Source: Takakia lepidozioides (taxonomy: Eukaryota; Plantae; Bryophyta). From it: DNA of 64,000 bases. The position numbers and the translations under genes were made by a program. Under the pieces are notes generated by a model, which was not told the DNA's origin, did no database searches, and saw nothing but the letters and a program-made list of their open reading frames with translations. Below are positions 11,817-24,595 of the stretch, in pieces; within the stretch, counting starts at the first letter, position 1; the number at the start of each line of letters is the position of its first letter. The stretch covers positions 46,810,001 to 46,874,000 of the forward strand of contig CM060734.1 in NCBI GenBank assembly GCA_030704615.1, in the 5' to 3' direction.

Positions 11817-13293
11817 CTACAACATGTCCTTCCTATAGCAATCGTGAGGCTCCATCCAATTGAATGGTGGCGACATGAAACGTCGCGTTATGGCGCTCAA
11901 CGTCGGTCGAGTCTCCTGAACAACATCGCATAGCTGCTCTAGAGCAAGAGCAAAACACTCTGCCATGAATTTATCCTCAAACGCACTCCCATCGTAATGA
12001 CTGCCACCATTGTTTTTGTGTGTTATCTTACCAACATCAAATGTTTCGGAAGCTCTGGGTGGGCCTTCGCGGTGTGCCATCCACCAAATTGTTTGTTGCC
12101 GCATGTACCATAGCAATCTCTGGCGCCACCCACCAACGCCGATGCAATTCTTCCTTCATTTTGCTGGTAGTTTCAAAAAGATATGGAGATATCTTCACTG
12201 CCTCCATGGAGGTTGCCATTCCCCAATCACACACCCCGATGTACACTTGGTCGGTACTATCCGGGAAATGCAACAAAATATTACTCGGTGAAAGGTCATT
12301 GTGCATGATGTGGTTCTTATGTACACTATCCATAATGCTCAGCAGTGCCCAAGCCAATTTACTCTGGTGGCGGCGATAACGAACCAAACAGTTCACCTGC
12401 TACTGTTCTCGCTCGGTCCAATGCTTTGCCAATACCTCCCTGTCATCCACCCGGCTCCCAAATCATTCGTCACTCTTCCAAACATCACGTAGGGAACCCC
12501 CATTCCACCACAATGTGTAACCCTCCAAGTCTCGTGGATGAACACATATATATTTTATAATCCCATGATGTGCGAATCGCACAGCCATGGCCTCTTCAAA
12601 GTGTTGCCTCCTAGCAAGATGAGGATCTTTCTCCTTAGGTGTTTTTCCCGCCAATTGCCAATTAACATTAATTCGGATATCACCTGCAATTCGTACCTTA
12701 CGAACTCATCCAAAGCCCCCCTCCCATGGTGCATCCAACTGCTCCACCACTGAGTTTGAACTGAGGTACAACAGTGCCGCTCCCTCTCCAGGAATGTTGT
12801 CGGGCTGCCTCCGTGTCAGTGACTTGGTGCGGCGTTTTCCGTGGGCCTTCGCTGAATCCGCCCATCAGCCAACTCGCACAAACAAGTCTTTCTCCCAAGC
12901 CAGCACCGGACCGCTTGTCGTTTGTTTCACCATCGAACCAATAAACTGCTTGAGATTCAATGTGATGTCGCCCGCTCGATGTTCCACCCACTGGTCGAAC
13001 TTGCGCTTCTCCCTCTCCTCTGTCCACTTCTCCCCGGCCAAAGCTTCCCGGATTTTTTGCTCCATCTGCAGTTCAAACTTGTAGAATCCATCGTGTCCAT
13101 GCTGGACATACGCACTTTGCAAGTACATCATGCTCTTCTCCATAAAATATACTAGCACCAACTCCTTGACAACATCCCTGGTAGCTTTGCTGGGGTAATG
13201 GTCTCTGTTGATAGCGGTATCACGCTCCGATCCATGTTTCCTCTTTTTCCCTGATGAACTTCCCGTCCCAGTGCTAGACCTTGTTCCAGACAT
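11817..13293 (-). pseudogene. Divergent protein kinase, frameshifted, apparently intronless
   Basis: Gly loop EGGFG*VRKV (~12690-12725), LAGK lysine, FEEA helix-C glutamate, HNDLSPSNILL catalytic loop, VCDWGMA, WVAPE, SETFDVGK; NLS-like KKRKH near the N-terminus. Confidence 0.85.
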
Positions 13294-13458
13294 TGCTTGG
13301 TATGTTATGGCAAGAAAATGAAATTAGATCTTGGAACAAACTGCACAAAAATAGATTGTCACTTCCGACACCCCCCCTCAACCGGCCTAAACCCTTCCCC
13401 CTCCCGATATAGCGAATCGGTTTGTGCACTCTTTCAGTCACATGCCGGACGTGACTCC

Positions 13459-13605
13459 AAACCAATTCTCTCGTCAGTTCAAGGATAAAAAAACTCGAAA
13501 ATCCCCCCTCAAATGCCAAGCACCCTTGCCTAAACCAATTCTCTCGTCAGTTCAGGGAAAAAAAAATCAAAAACCTCCCCCCTCCAATGCCAAGCACCCT
13601 TGCCT
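13459..13605. repeat. ~73-bp tandem duplication
   Basis: AAACCAATTCTCTCGTCAGTTCA...AATGCCAAGCACCCTTGCCT occurs twice. Confidence 0.9.
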
Positions 13606-13694
13606 CTTCCAGTTTGAACTCTCAGACTCAGAACGCGAAGCATCCAAAGTACCCTCAAGCTCGAGAACGGGGAGGCAAAGGTGAAAAAATGGGG

Positions 13695-13714
13695 GGGAGG
13701 CCTACCCTTTTATA
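13695..13714 (-). promoter_or_regulatory. TATA-box motif upstream of the kinase gene
   Basis: Minus strand reads TATAAAAGGGTAGGCCTCCC. Confidence 0.45.
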
Positions 13715-13949
13715 CCCCCTCAGTGTCGCTGACGCCGACGTGACGTCGGCCTGCGACTGGGACATCTCCTCCATCGTGTCCCACAACAATGGTACGGAAA
13801 TGGCTTGCACCCTCAGCGAGAATCCTCTTGACTCCGAGTCTGAACCTTCCTCAGAAGACAGAGAAGGTGAAGGTGGCCTAAACCGCACACCTCGTCTTGT
13901 GTACCCACTAGTATCGCTCACATGTGGGGGCTGAGTGCTATAATTTGCA

Positions 13950-14880
13950 TGTATTCAGTTCCCTTCACATTTCTCATTATAGTTCTCTTACATTCAGTTT
14001 CCCTCACATTTGTCCCTTCAGTTCTCTTATATTCAGTTCCCCTCACATTTGTCCCGCGTTGGCGGTCCTGATTTAATAAAATAATTACATACTCAAATAC
14101 TCAAAATACAAAATCAGGACTGCCAGTAAAAGACACCTTGCCTTAAAGGCGTCATTTTTTTTCAATAAAAAAATATTATATGAATTATTCTTACTAAATT
14201 GACAATGATATACCATAAGATATACCATTAAGTGACTAGGTAGTTTAAGAACTTTAACAAATGAATTATGAGTCAATAGTCAAAGACAATGCATTCTTGG
14301 TTTTTGTGAGTGTTTATCTAGATATAATAAATATTTGAATCTAACTAGATAGAAATGATTCAATAATTTGGTGAATTAAATTAAATTTCATGTGATAAAT
14401 ATTCCTGGATTATTTTGTGAATGAAGATTGTATAAGATATACCATACACACAATATTTGAAGCACTTAGCATGTTAACAAAACAAGATAATTAATGAGAA
14501 CAAAGAATAATCTGTCTATGTGGATACGATTATGACATAAACGCTTTACATATAAATATATATAACACTTATAAATAAATATAAATTTTAAAAATTAAAT
14601 ATGTGTTCTTCACCTTGATAGAAAATCATAATAATAATTAAATGAAAAGAGCAAATGTGAAAGATAAAAATGAATGTGATGGAGTTGGAGGGATAAATTT
14701 GAAGAGAACTGAATATAATGTAACTCATTGTGGAAAATCGAGAGGAAATGAATGTAATAGAGGTGAAGGGATAAGTATGGGGGAAACTGAATATAATAGA
14801 ACTGAAAGGATAAATGTGAGGGGAACTTAATGTAAGAGAACTGAAGGGACAATTGTGATGGAACTGAATGTAAAAGAACT
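13950..14880. mobile_element. Foldback/MITE-like element: inverted arrays of a ~37-bp unit around an AT-rich core
   Basis: TTCAGTTCTCTTACATTCAGTTCCCCTCACATTTGTCCC units at 13950-14055 and their reverse complements at 14640-14880. Confidence 0.65.
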
Positions 14881-14968
14881 TCGCAGTCCACGACACCACA
14901 TCTCGTTCAGCCATACTGTCGAACACTCCCTCTGCATCCTCGATGCACCCACATTTTGCATACATGTA
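14881..14968 (-). pseudogene. Isolated PPR S-motif fragment
   Basis: MYAKCGCIEDAEGVFDSMAERDVVSWTA, very similar to the S motifs of the 48.9-51.3 kb gene. Confidence 0.85.
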
Positions 14969-16448
14969 GCCTTTCAATTTTGTAATTAAGGTGGAGCCAT
15001 TATGCGACTAGCCGCTTGTTTCTTTACACATTCAATGAAAATGTTACAGCACTTCAAGAGAATAATTACGAAAAAACCACCAAACATAAATCAATGGTAT
15101 ACCAAATTTTTGAAACCCTCACAAGTTCAATTCTTTAGTTTTGTGGTGAGCACGTTTCAATTTACTAATATATTACGATAACATATACATATATAATAAT
15201 AAATAATGAAATGTCTTTGATTTCGGTGTCAAGATGCTTATCCTCATAATTGTAAGCGTCACGACCAATGTTTCGTCTTTATATTCCTTACATTGTGGCG
15301 CAAGTGACATTTATATATGAGAACAAAGTAGAGCATGCACTAGAAGCATTCGTGTCATTTACCACTGGGGTCGTAAAAGTCAAAAAACAGGGATCGACTG
15401 GAAGTTACAATAGACCAGTTACAACAGACGTGGTAGTTGGGTTGGACATCCAATGATTGGAGTGGTAAATGACGTAGATGCGCGAACAACTGCTCAGCGA
15501 TTAATGCGATTAATGTTGAAGAACCACGTGGCGTAACCAGGCGGGCCGCCTGTGTGTCTGATGTTTTGAGCTGACTTTGACTTTTCCCTCCGGATGAGTG
15601 GACTGACTCACCCGGGGCGCGGTGACACATGGACGCGGACGTGGATGCGGACGTGGATGCCGATGTGGCGGCGCCGCGACGAGCGGTAATGCCGCTGCGT
15701 GGCCACGGGCTCAAGACGCCACATCGCAGTCGGCCACATAACTTGGAGTGCTGCATGTCACGTGGCAACAGCCACTGGCGAAGTTGACTGCACAACTGCC
15801 GGCAGACGAATCCACGGGGACCACGTGGACAGTGTGTGGGTCGACGCGTGGCGTCGTCCCCACGCAATGGCAGTGAGGGGTACGACTGCTAGTGGAAAGA
15901 CGCAGAGTGCTTGTGCCATCTCGAGACTGCTTTGGCCAACTCCGCTGCCACTATGCTAGTTGGTTGCACTACAGTAGGAAAGCACTGCAAATGAGCACTT
16001 GTAGTGGTTTGTGTGAGTTGTCCAACTGACTTGCATTCTAAGCTGAAAATATGGTTCTGATGCATTCTACTGGTTTTAGTGGTTTACCCATATGCAGGGG
16101 GAATTGAGAAGCAATGATACTGGGCGACACTCAGAACACAGACCACGATGCATGCACAACATCACGCTAATGAACCAAATAGACGAGGCAACAGGGAGAC
16201 CAAAGACCATCACACATACACATAGAAGGCGGACGGACACGACGACAAGTCAGGAAATGGAATATTGCATTCAAATTGGAGACCGTCACGGCACACCTGC
16301 ATATGAGCAAGACTAAATGCCAACATACATGGTTGCCGGACATCACTTAAACTGTCATGGCCCAAATGTACAAAACTGGTAACGTGAGTATCATACACAC
16401 TTCTATGAGTATCATTACACACCCAACAGGGACTACAAACATGAAATG

Positions 16449-19400
16449 TCACTTGATACCTTCACCCCTCCTCATACTCTTCTCTGGCAACAGAGTCACC
16501 GTGCCTTTCACGTGCGCTAGTGTGGTCTGGGGGGGGGGGGGGGGGGGGGGGGCATCGTCCACATTTGGGCAAGACAGTGTAACACTTGGAAGCATGATCT
16601 CGTGGACTTTCACCTTGTACCACCCGGATGGAATGTCCTTGCAGTGGAACTTGTCAACCCCGGCTATTCCCACCACTTCCGCCTTGGCGGCGGCTGTCTT
16701 TGACCGCTTGTCATGGGGGTTCAGGAGAAACACAGGATCTGATATCTGCAGACACCAACATCAGGGTCCACTCAGCAACAAACATAGCAATGACAGGGTG
16801 AAAGTCAAGCGCAGCTGGGCATGGAAACGATCTTGGTTGCCACAATACTGAATCAGCAGCAAATTCATGGTGTACCAACCTACTTTGAAGCGAAGCTCGT
16901 CGCTGAGGGTGGCAACTGAGGAAAGTTGCCCACGTGTCTTCAACTGCAGCAGCAAAAAGAGGTTTAGTCAGACGGATAAGAATAACATGAACTCTGGTGG
17001 TTGCAATGGTATAAACACACCTCCACGGAGCAAGCTAACTTACACCCTGCTCAGACCGTGCACACTACAACCTCCTGGCAAAAATAACCCTACTAAAAAC
17101 CAGCCAGGCAAAGCAAGGAGCCATGAATGCATGCCTGGGGAACCACGTCCTGCTACGATGATGGTGCCGGGGACAGCCCACTCCTCTTGCTCACCTGCAA
17201 TGAATACACATTGCAACGCTTCAGGAAGTGTATCCATAAAGGAAACCAACCAAGAAAGTTTGCGGAGAGGGGCTGGGAACAACCATACCTTGGAGCCTGC
17301 CTCCTCATGCCGGGGGGGGAATCCGGAATGCTGCCGCCGTAGCACTATGGTCCTTGGCGCAGGACCCACCTTCTTCACAAACGACCCCACTGCCACTCCC
17401 TGTACATGTGGTCCCTGCAAAACATATAGTGCCAGCCTTGCGTGAGAGGGCATCCGGGGGGAACAAAACAAACATATCTTTTGGGTTCGATGTCATGTTG
17501 CAAACATTAAGGTTAGTTTCACCTGCATGGGCGCAGAAGTACTTCCCCCAACGACCCCATCCTCTCCCACATTCAAGCTGCCAGTCGGGGTCAGCTTCCG
17601 CGTGCTTGTGAAGACACGCACATCCTTGGAGCAAAACAAATCTTGGCAGTAGGGCCAGACTGTTTCTAAAAGGTACTCTAAATCGGGCCCCTCACTGACA
17701 TTGCCAGTGACATCAAACGATAATGGATGGACCATGTTCAAAGGGGAGTTCCCCCTCCCCTTGTGTGGTGAATCATCCACTAGGAGGGTGTTGGATTCGT
17801 TAAATCCAGAAAATTCCGACCACACCCTCGACAGTCTCTTCTGTAAGTTCTGTACGGCAGGCCCTTTTGTGGGGTGTGGCTCAATCAAGGGGTCACACTC
17901 CTCTTGTGACCACACAAAGAGGGGAGAACCCTTGACCCCCTGCATCACCACTTTGAAGATGTCTGCAACATTCCCCTTGGAAGCACAGGACCATATCCCA
18001 ACGTAGAAATGCCGGAAGAGAAGGTTTAAAAACTCGCAGACCTGGGACCTTGGGAAAACATACTTGTTGGTGGTCAACACCCATGGCCAATGACGCCTCG
18101 GGTTGGGCTGAAAGTTAGGAATAGAGTGGCACAGGATCCCGTTCAGGTCTAGAACAATTAGTTTCGACTTTTCTATGAAAGGAGCTTTTGAAGGGGTGTC
18201 ACGGGGTCTCACCTCAGTGGGTTGGGAGACAACAGTCACCCCGGAGGGCAAAGTTTCGGTCCCCCTGCAGCCTGGACCAGGCAAACTACCACCCTCTCCC
18301 CCTACAGCTTCCCCTTTTCCCTTGATAGAATGAGCAATGACCCCCCCATCGTCCATGTCATCCCCACCAACTCGCTGGACCTCTCCCTCTTCAACGAGTG
18401 GACCCTGCCCCCCACTGTGAATATCATCAACAACAGGCTGGACCTCTGTCACATCCCTACCCACTACAATTACTTCCTCCTTCTCAGGTACAATGGTCGC
18501 AGCAGGGGGGTCTTCCATAATGCCACCCGTCACACCCCCTTTTTGCCTCATCATGAGTTCCACTATCTTCTTCAGTTGTGCTTCCATTCCCCTCTCCCGC
18601 TCCGCAGAGAGAGCCGCAAGCCTCTCCAGGGCCCCGATGCGGGCTGCCATTGAGTTCCCCGCTCCCTACGCATACAAACACCCACCCGTACTGTTAAAAA
18701 CCAGAAGAAGAGGCCGAATGTGCAGGATTTAGGCATTCGGAGATGGCTGGGTTTGGCATAACACCCCTCGTGTACCATGCGTGGGGGCCCCACATACCCA
18801 CCAAATCTTAGTACAACAACAGATTCATGAATGGAAACCGGACTTCAAAACATACCTGGCTCAAAACAGACTCTGATGGGGTGCCAGTCGCATAGTTCTT
18901 TTGCTCCGCCCCGAGCTGGACAGTGACGGGCTCCGCGCTTTGCGTCTTTTCTGTATTTGCCCATCCACACACTGTCAGTACAAAATGCCAGGAGCATATG
19001 GACAAAGCACTGCCCTGCATATCACATAACAACTAATTCTGCACAAGCAATAAAACCCACTCGTGGGTGTCTCTTCCATCAGAACATGCCACAACGTAGG
19101 AGCAATGAGAAGGGGGTGAGGAGATTACCAAACGGGCTGCTTGGCCTGCAACTCCTGCCCGGCCCCAACGCGAGGGGTTCATGACACAAGCACGCGCTTG
19201 CTTCATCCCTTCAGCCTTTGCAAGTCCACGAGGGGACTCCCAGTAGGCAACAAGCTTATCCCAATAGGCGGGTTCAGTGTTCATTGGCCTCACACCAGTC
19301 TTTGCCCATTTATCTTTCAGTTTTGCTCTTTCTCCTTTCATTATCTTCCCACATTGCTTCACTATAAAATCACGATTGGCAGGGATAGGTCTGTACTCGT

Positions 19401-19872
19401 ACATTCCATTTATGCCCTCTATTACTGTTGACATGGCACTCTGGGACTGCTGGTCAATGTCTTGTACGCTTGAGTCAAGGTAACGCAATGCCAGGCCACG
19501 CAAATCACGCTGCCAGTGTTCCTTACCTTCGCAGCCAACATTGATGACTCCATTTCCATGCACCTCCACCTTGTGGCGCTTTAGCCCTGCAGCCACCCTT
19601 CCCTCTCCATCTCCTTCCCATTGTTTCATGGCATGGCGTCGTTCCTTCCTCAGCTCTGATGTCCGTTTCCTGCCCCCATGCTCTGGAGCAACGCCGTCAT
19701 ACGTTGTGGGGGGTGACTGATGTGTGTCGGAGGGGGGAGGGCCGTATGGAGATGTGGGAGGCCCCCATTGTGACGTGCCAACATCAGGAAGCCAGCGCCA
19801 CGACCCCGAAGCAGGGGGGCTCCCCATGGTGCACTCTGTTGTGGAGACCATGCGGCAGGGGGTGGGTGCCAA
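16449..19872 (-). CDS. Spliced TnpA-like (Ptta/En/Spm) gene with an embedded FCP1/NIF-like HAD domain and a C-terminal En/Spm-associated domain
   Basis: 19033-19872 WDKLVAYWESPRG...KQARACVMNPSRWG; 17493-18650 coiled coil then LIVLDLNGIL, VFPR, VGIWS, TLLVDDSPHK; 16449-16733 FHCKDIPSGWYKVKV; exon joins inferred, not resolved. Confidence 0.65.
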
Positions 19873-20389
19873 GGTTGGTGTTGGTTGGCATTGTGTGGTG
19901 GCTGTGAGTGCTTTGCTGCAGCTTCACTCCCCTTCCGCTGCCAAAAACATCCGACACACAAGGTGCATCAGCTGTAGTCCTACTGAACACAACGTCACCA
20001 GAGCACAAACGATCCCACAACCACAACTATGGATTGGCTGACCTCAAACCCACTCCCCTGCAGCGCAAGTGCCAAAAACTGAAAAGGAGAGGGACAGAAT
20101 GTCCTCATAACATGTAAGGCCATTCATTGGTGAAGAAACATAATGTGGGCGGGTTCACATCAGTACCATCATACACACTTACCAGGAAACAGAACATCCA
20201 TCTGGGTTTTGCACATAGGGAGTGGACATCTATTCACACAATCAGCAAATGGCTGTATGGCGGAGCCCAGCATCGGAGCCCCAAAAGGCCTAAAGACTCT
20301 CAATGTTTGTAAACACAGGTGCAGACACAATTCAATTGATAGCTTGGATATCCGGTGGTCTGTATGGTGATAGCACCCCGGGCAGTGAG

Positions 20390-21545
20390 TCAGACAATGA
20401 CCCTATGACGTTGGTAGTAAGACTTACCTTCGTATAAAGCATTGATCCGGGTTTTCCAGATATCCTCTAGAAATCCCTTCACACAAGCATCAATCTGCTG
20501 TGTGTGATTTGCCCAAAAACTAGGCCTCAGGAGGGCCTGGGCTTTTGGCTCAGCCTCGAGTCTTTCAAAGTTGGTAAACAGGGGTACAGGCACAATTCCC
20601 TTGATAGAATTGAAGAGAGCGTCTCTTTGGTGAGAGAACCCCGGACAGCGTATCAGAAAATGAATACTGTCTTCAGATTGCCCACACAACGGACAATTGC
20701 ACTCTCCCTTTCCGATCTGCTTCTCTTTGTTGTTCAAAGGTAGGCTTCCTGCCCTGAGTTTAAATTTCAGTCTAGTGCCGAGAGTGGGTGGACCCTTCAG
20801 GTCATCCAAGATGTCCACCCCCATGTCACTGACTGGAAACAAGTTCAGGGAAGTTCTCTGCCTAACTTCATTTTCATCAGACAATCTCATGGCAACAGAC
20901 ATGGCTTCAGACACTACAGCCTCTAAGGCAGAATTATCCAGCAGGGTCAAGACTTGCGGATCCAGGTCCAGGTCCTTGAGAATCTTTTCTACTCTCTTCT
21001 GCCAGGACTTAGTCTGTTTGACAGGGCGGTCCTGTTTCCAAGATTTAGAGTCGATCAACTTAGGATATCTGGTGTTGGGCATATGTTGCAGCTGACCCCA
21101 CCATCTGACCTTGAATTCATCTCGTCGGGAGCTTAAGGATGGGATGCCAAACTCACCCCCGAACAGCCACATTGGCTGTTTTCTCCATGCTGACATACAC
21201 TCCTTAAGCACCCCCACTTGAATGGATTCTAGAGACTTAGCCTGGTTGGAGTTATCAACCCATATAGCAGATCCGTACTCCAAGGCAGGTCTAATAACGC
21301 GACAAAGCATGGTTTTCTTAACCTCAGAGATGACCCCTCTGCAGTGGAAAAATTATGTGAGCCCCAGAGCTTTGCCCTTGCCAGTTTGAACAACTTTCCG
21401 TATATGTGCATCCCAATTACAATTGGAGGAAAACTCAACGCCTAGGTAAGTGTAGGAAGGGAGGACCGGGATCTCTTGGCTACCCCACTGCCACTTAAGA
21501 TCACTTCCTCCCTCTCCTCTGTCGTTGATTGCTACCACTGCACAT
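20390..21545 (-). mobile_element. 5'-truncated LINE (RTEX-like, family A): RT thumb and CCHC C-terminus
   Basis: YTYLGV, IRPALEYGSAIW, KLRAGSLPL, CPLC...EDSIHFLIRC; frameshifts. Confidence 0.85.
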
Positions 21546-21574
21546 TTCTGCCTAACTTCATTTTCTGCCCAATC

Positions 21575-22690
21575 ACATCTCCTCTACGCTGATGATGTTG
21601 CCCTTTTGGCACAATCCCCGGTCTTTCTGCAACGCCATCTCTAAATTTTGGAACAGTTCTGCAAAGACTATGGGATGCAAGTCAATCTTAGCAAGACCAA
21701 GATCATGGTCTTCAATGGCCAGGCTGATCGTAGATTCATCTTCAACCAGCAGGAAATTGAGATTGTCAAATCATACCGGTACCTAGGTCTGGTTATCCAC
21801 TCCCCCAAGTTTCACTTTGCAGCCACTGCCTTGGACAGATTGACTAAAGGTAAGGCGGCCTCCGTCCGCCTTCACGCCAAATGCAAGCAAATACATGTGC
21901 GGCATCCCCCGACCAAAAAGTGTCTGTTTGACACCGTCGTCAGCCCTGCTACCATCTATGGTTGTGAGTTCTGGGCACCTGGTGTCCCTGTCTCCTGGTG
22001 GGAAAAGATTTTGGAACCATTACAGTCATCTTTTCTCCAAGCAATGCTTGGCGCCAGGAGCACAACTCCCTCTCAGATCCTAGGTGCAGAGTTCACATGT
22101 GTACCATTGCAATCCGAGGCACAGTTCAGGCTTACAATCTGTGAGGAATAGATTGCAGGCCCTTCCACCCAAAGGGCTAGTGGCAAAGGCCCTCACAACA
22201 TCTATGAGGCTCAAAGCTGCAGGTTTCGGGAACTCCTGGTATGCTCGAGTGGACAGTTTATTTCAACGTAACGGACTTTCTACTACTTTCCTATTACCAA
22301 TGAACCCAGATGAGGTGGACATCACATCCACACATGACCGCAACAGACTCATTCGGAGAGAGCTTATGGAATTACATGTGAAGAGAACTTGGATGCTACC
22401 CAATCTCACAACAAAGCTCCACTTCTATCGAGAGACATTCTTGGTGCTCCGCGATGATAGAATCTTGAGACCAAATTACCTTTCAGCACCCTTAGCTCCT
22501 TCCCTCTGAGGGCATTGGGGCAGTTCAGGGTGGGTTCCCACAACCTACGGATAGAGACTGGCAGATGGGAAAACCTGCAACGGGAGGACCGCCTATGTCC
22601 AGCTTGCATAGGGCGCAGCAAGGAAATTGAAACTGAAGAACACTTCTTCTTCTACTGCCCTCTATACTACGAGATCCGATTGAACAACTT
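21575..22690 (+). mobile_element. Truncated LINE (RTEX-like, family B)
   Basis: LLYADDV, VNLSKTKIMVF, YRYLGL, FRVGSHNLRIETGRW...CPAC...ETEEHFFFYC. Confidence 0.88.
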
Positions 22691-23699
22691 TATGGATATG
22701 TGCATCCCAGTTTCAGTTTCAGGAGAACTCAACGCCCATAGAACATGAACAGAAGTAGGGGTAGAACTCACCTCATGCGCAGCGGGTTTGTGCCGTTTGC
22801 GCACCTTTTGGAGAGACTCTGCAGATGGAGGTGCAATTTCCGCCGAACTGTCCTCCACCTCATCGTCGTCGCCCATGCTATAGTCGCTTGTGTCAAAATC
22901 CAAACTGGAAGACCGCCCACTGCTCTGCCTTCCCTCTCGCACCGACGCCATCTGTACCAGATTCAGTCGAGCCAGGCGGGGGCTCCTTCGCACCGCGGGG
23001 CTGGAATGTGCACAAGTGGGAGGAGGTGATGCTGCCTCGGCGGTCGACCGCTTCTTACTAGGCGTGGACATAGACCATGACAAAGATGAAGACGAGCGAG
23101 GACATAGACCATGAGCAAGACAAAGACGAGCGAGGAAGACCAAGACATGCAAAGGAGGAAAGAAGGACAAGGAGGGGAGTGTGATCACACACCCCCGAGC
23201 TCAAGGTGAAGATCCGGCCGTTGTTGATTTCAAATATGAACACGTGTCGTGCATCCGACACTATGGCCTTTTCGACTTTGAGACGTTAAACCCTAAACCA
23301 CTTACAGTCCTCCAGACAACTAGATGTAGTGATTCACACAACTGACATTTGGTTGGCCTGTTATGCAGGCTTGTTCTGTAATCTCCAGTGGACATCATAC
23401 AGTTTCTTTGTTTCTTTCATTTTTTGTAATGCTTGAACAGTTCATATCCTCAATGTCTTATTGCGGTCCAGGCTTCAAGCAAATGAGAGGTAGTCCTGGT
23501 AGGATGGTCAATGTCCTTAAAAGCGGCCTTGTCTATTATCCATCCAAAAACTAAAGGTCTCATCTATCATGGTTAATATATGCTTGGATAAGAAAATGAC
23601 TCGGTATGTCTTCTTTTTCACAATCACGGGGAGGGTTACCTCGACTCACTAGCTGATCTCTTAGCACAATTGACACCAAGCCCTTGACACGGTTTTCAT

Positions 23700-23818
23700 G
23701 TGCATGTCAGCATGCTCCAAAACAGCCAATGTGGCTGTTCGGGGCGAGTTTGGCATTCGTTCCTTAAGCTCCCGACGACATAAATTCAAGGTCAGATGGT
23801 GGGGCCAGTTGCAACAAT
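23700..23818 (+). mobile_element. Internal fragment of LINE family A
   Basis: Near-copy of 21085-21200 (AAACAGCCAATGTGGCTGTTCGGGG...GTCAGATGGTGGGG). Confidence 0.8.
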
Positions 23819-24004
23819 GAACCGATATTAGCCTTGAGTAGTTCTCTGACTCTTTGTGGGCCCTTCTATGGTTATTTGTTTGTTGTTCTACTCCTTGTGG
23901 CCCTTTAGGAATCCCACAGACGTGATACACATATCTCTTTCCTCACTTTCGGTCCTTCACTGACTACCAGAAATGTCACACCGTATGTCTGCATCTGAAA
24001 CTTT

Positions 24005-24595
24005 TCACCTTTGAGACAACATTCTGCAGCACGCTCTGCTAGCTTCACATTGCCATGTATTCTGCAGGCACCAAGTAAAGCCCCACACTAAAGCATCTGG
24101 TTTAATTGGCATTCTGTTGATGAAATTCTCCGCCTCATCCAAGCGCCCTGCACGGCCAAGAAGGTCAACCATGCAGCCAAAATGTTTTCCTGTTGGAATG
24201 ATTCTATTATCACACACAGCAGATTGATGCTTGTGTGAAGGGTTTTCTAGAGGATATCTGGAAAACCCGGATTAATTCCTTATATGATGGTAAGTCTTAC
24301 TACCACCGTCAGCCCCTGACGGAGGTAGGTTCTGTTCCTTTTGTTCCCGCTCAAACTGGGCGCAGGGTCAATGGCCACAAGGCTACGGCATACAACGTCT
24401 TATGAGTACAATCTATAATCTCTACTCATAGAATGGAAATAGTGTTGTCCTTCATCTACTAGGCCCATATGGCTGCATGCAGACAGAACTGCAATGAGTG
24501 TAACATCATTTGGCTTCACCCCTTGCTGTTTCAAAACTTGGTTGAAAAGTTGCAGAGCATCTTTGCCATGCCCTTGCTGAGAATATCCGAAGACC
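24005..24595 (-). pseudogene. PLS-PPR gene fragment (P2-L2-S2-E1) interrupted by a LINE 3' end
   Basis: YSQQGHGKDALQLF...VLSACSHMGLVDEGQHYFHSMSRDY / [40 protein letters not shown]. Confidence 0.88.
24212..24409 (+). mobile_element. Extreme 3' end of LINE family A with target-site duplication
   Basis: Matches 20400-20510 ([19 protein letters not shown]); flanked by TCTATTATC / TCTATAATC. Confidence 0.8.

Noticed and set aside
16528-16552. Poly-G run as a functional G-quadruplex or polyproline tract
   Set aside because: A simple homopolymer expansion whose length may be an assembly artefact
22667-23188. 173-aa Ser-rich ORF
   Set aside because: Low complexity, partly built from a short tandem repeat, no recognisable domain
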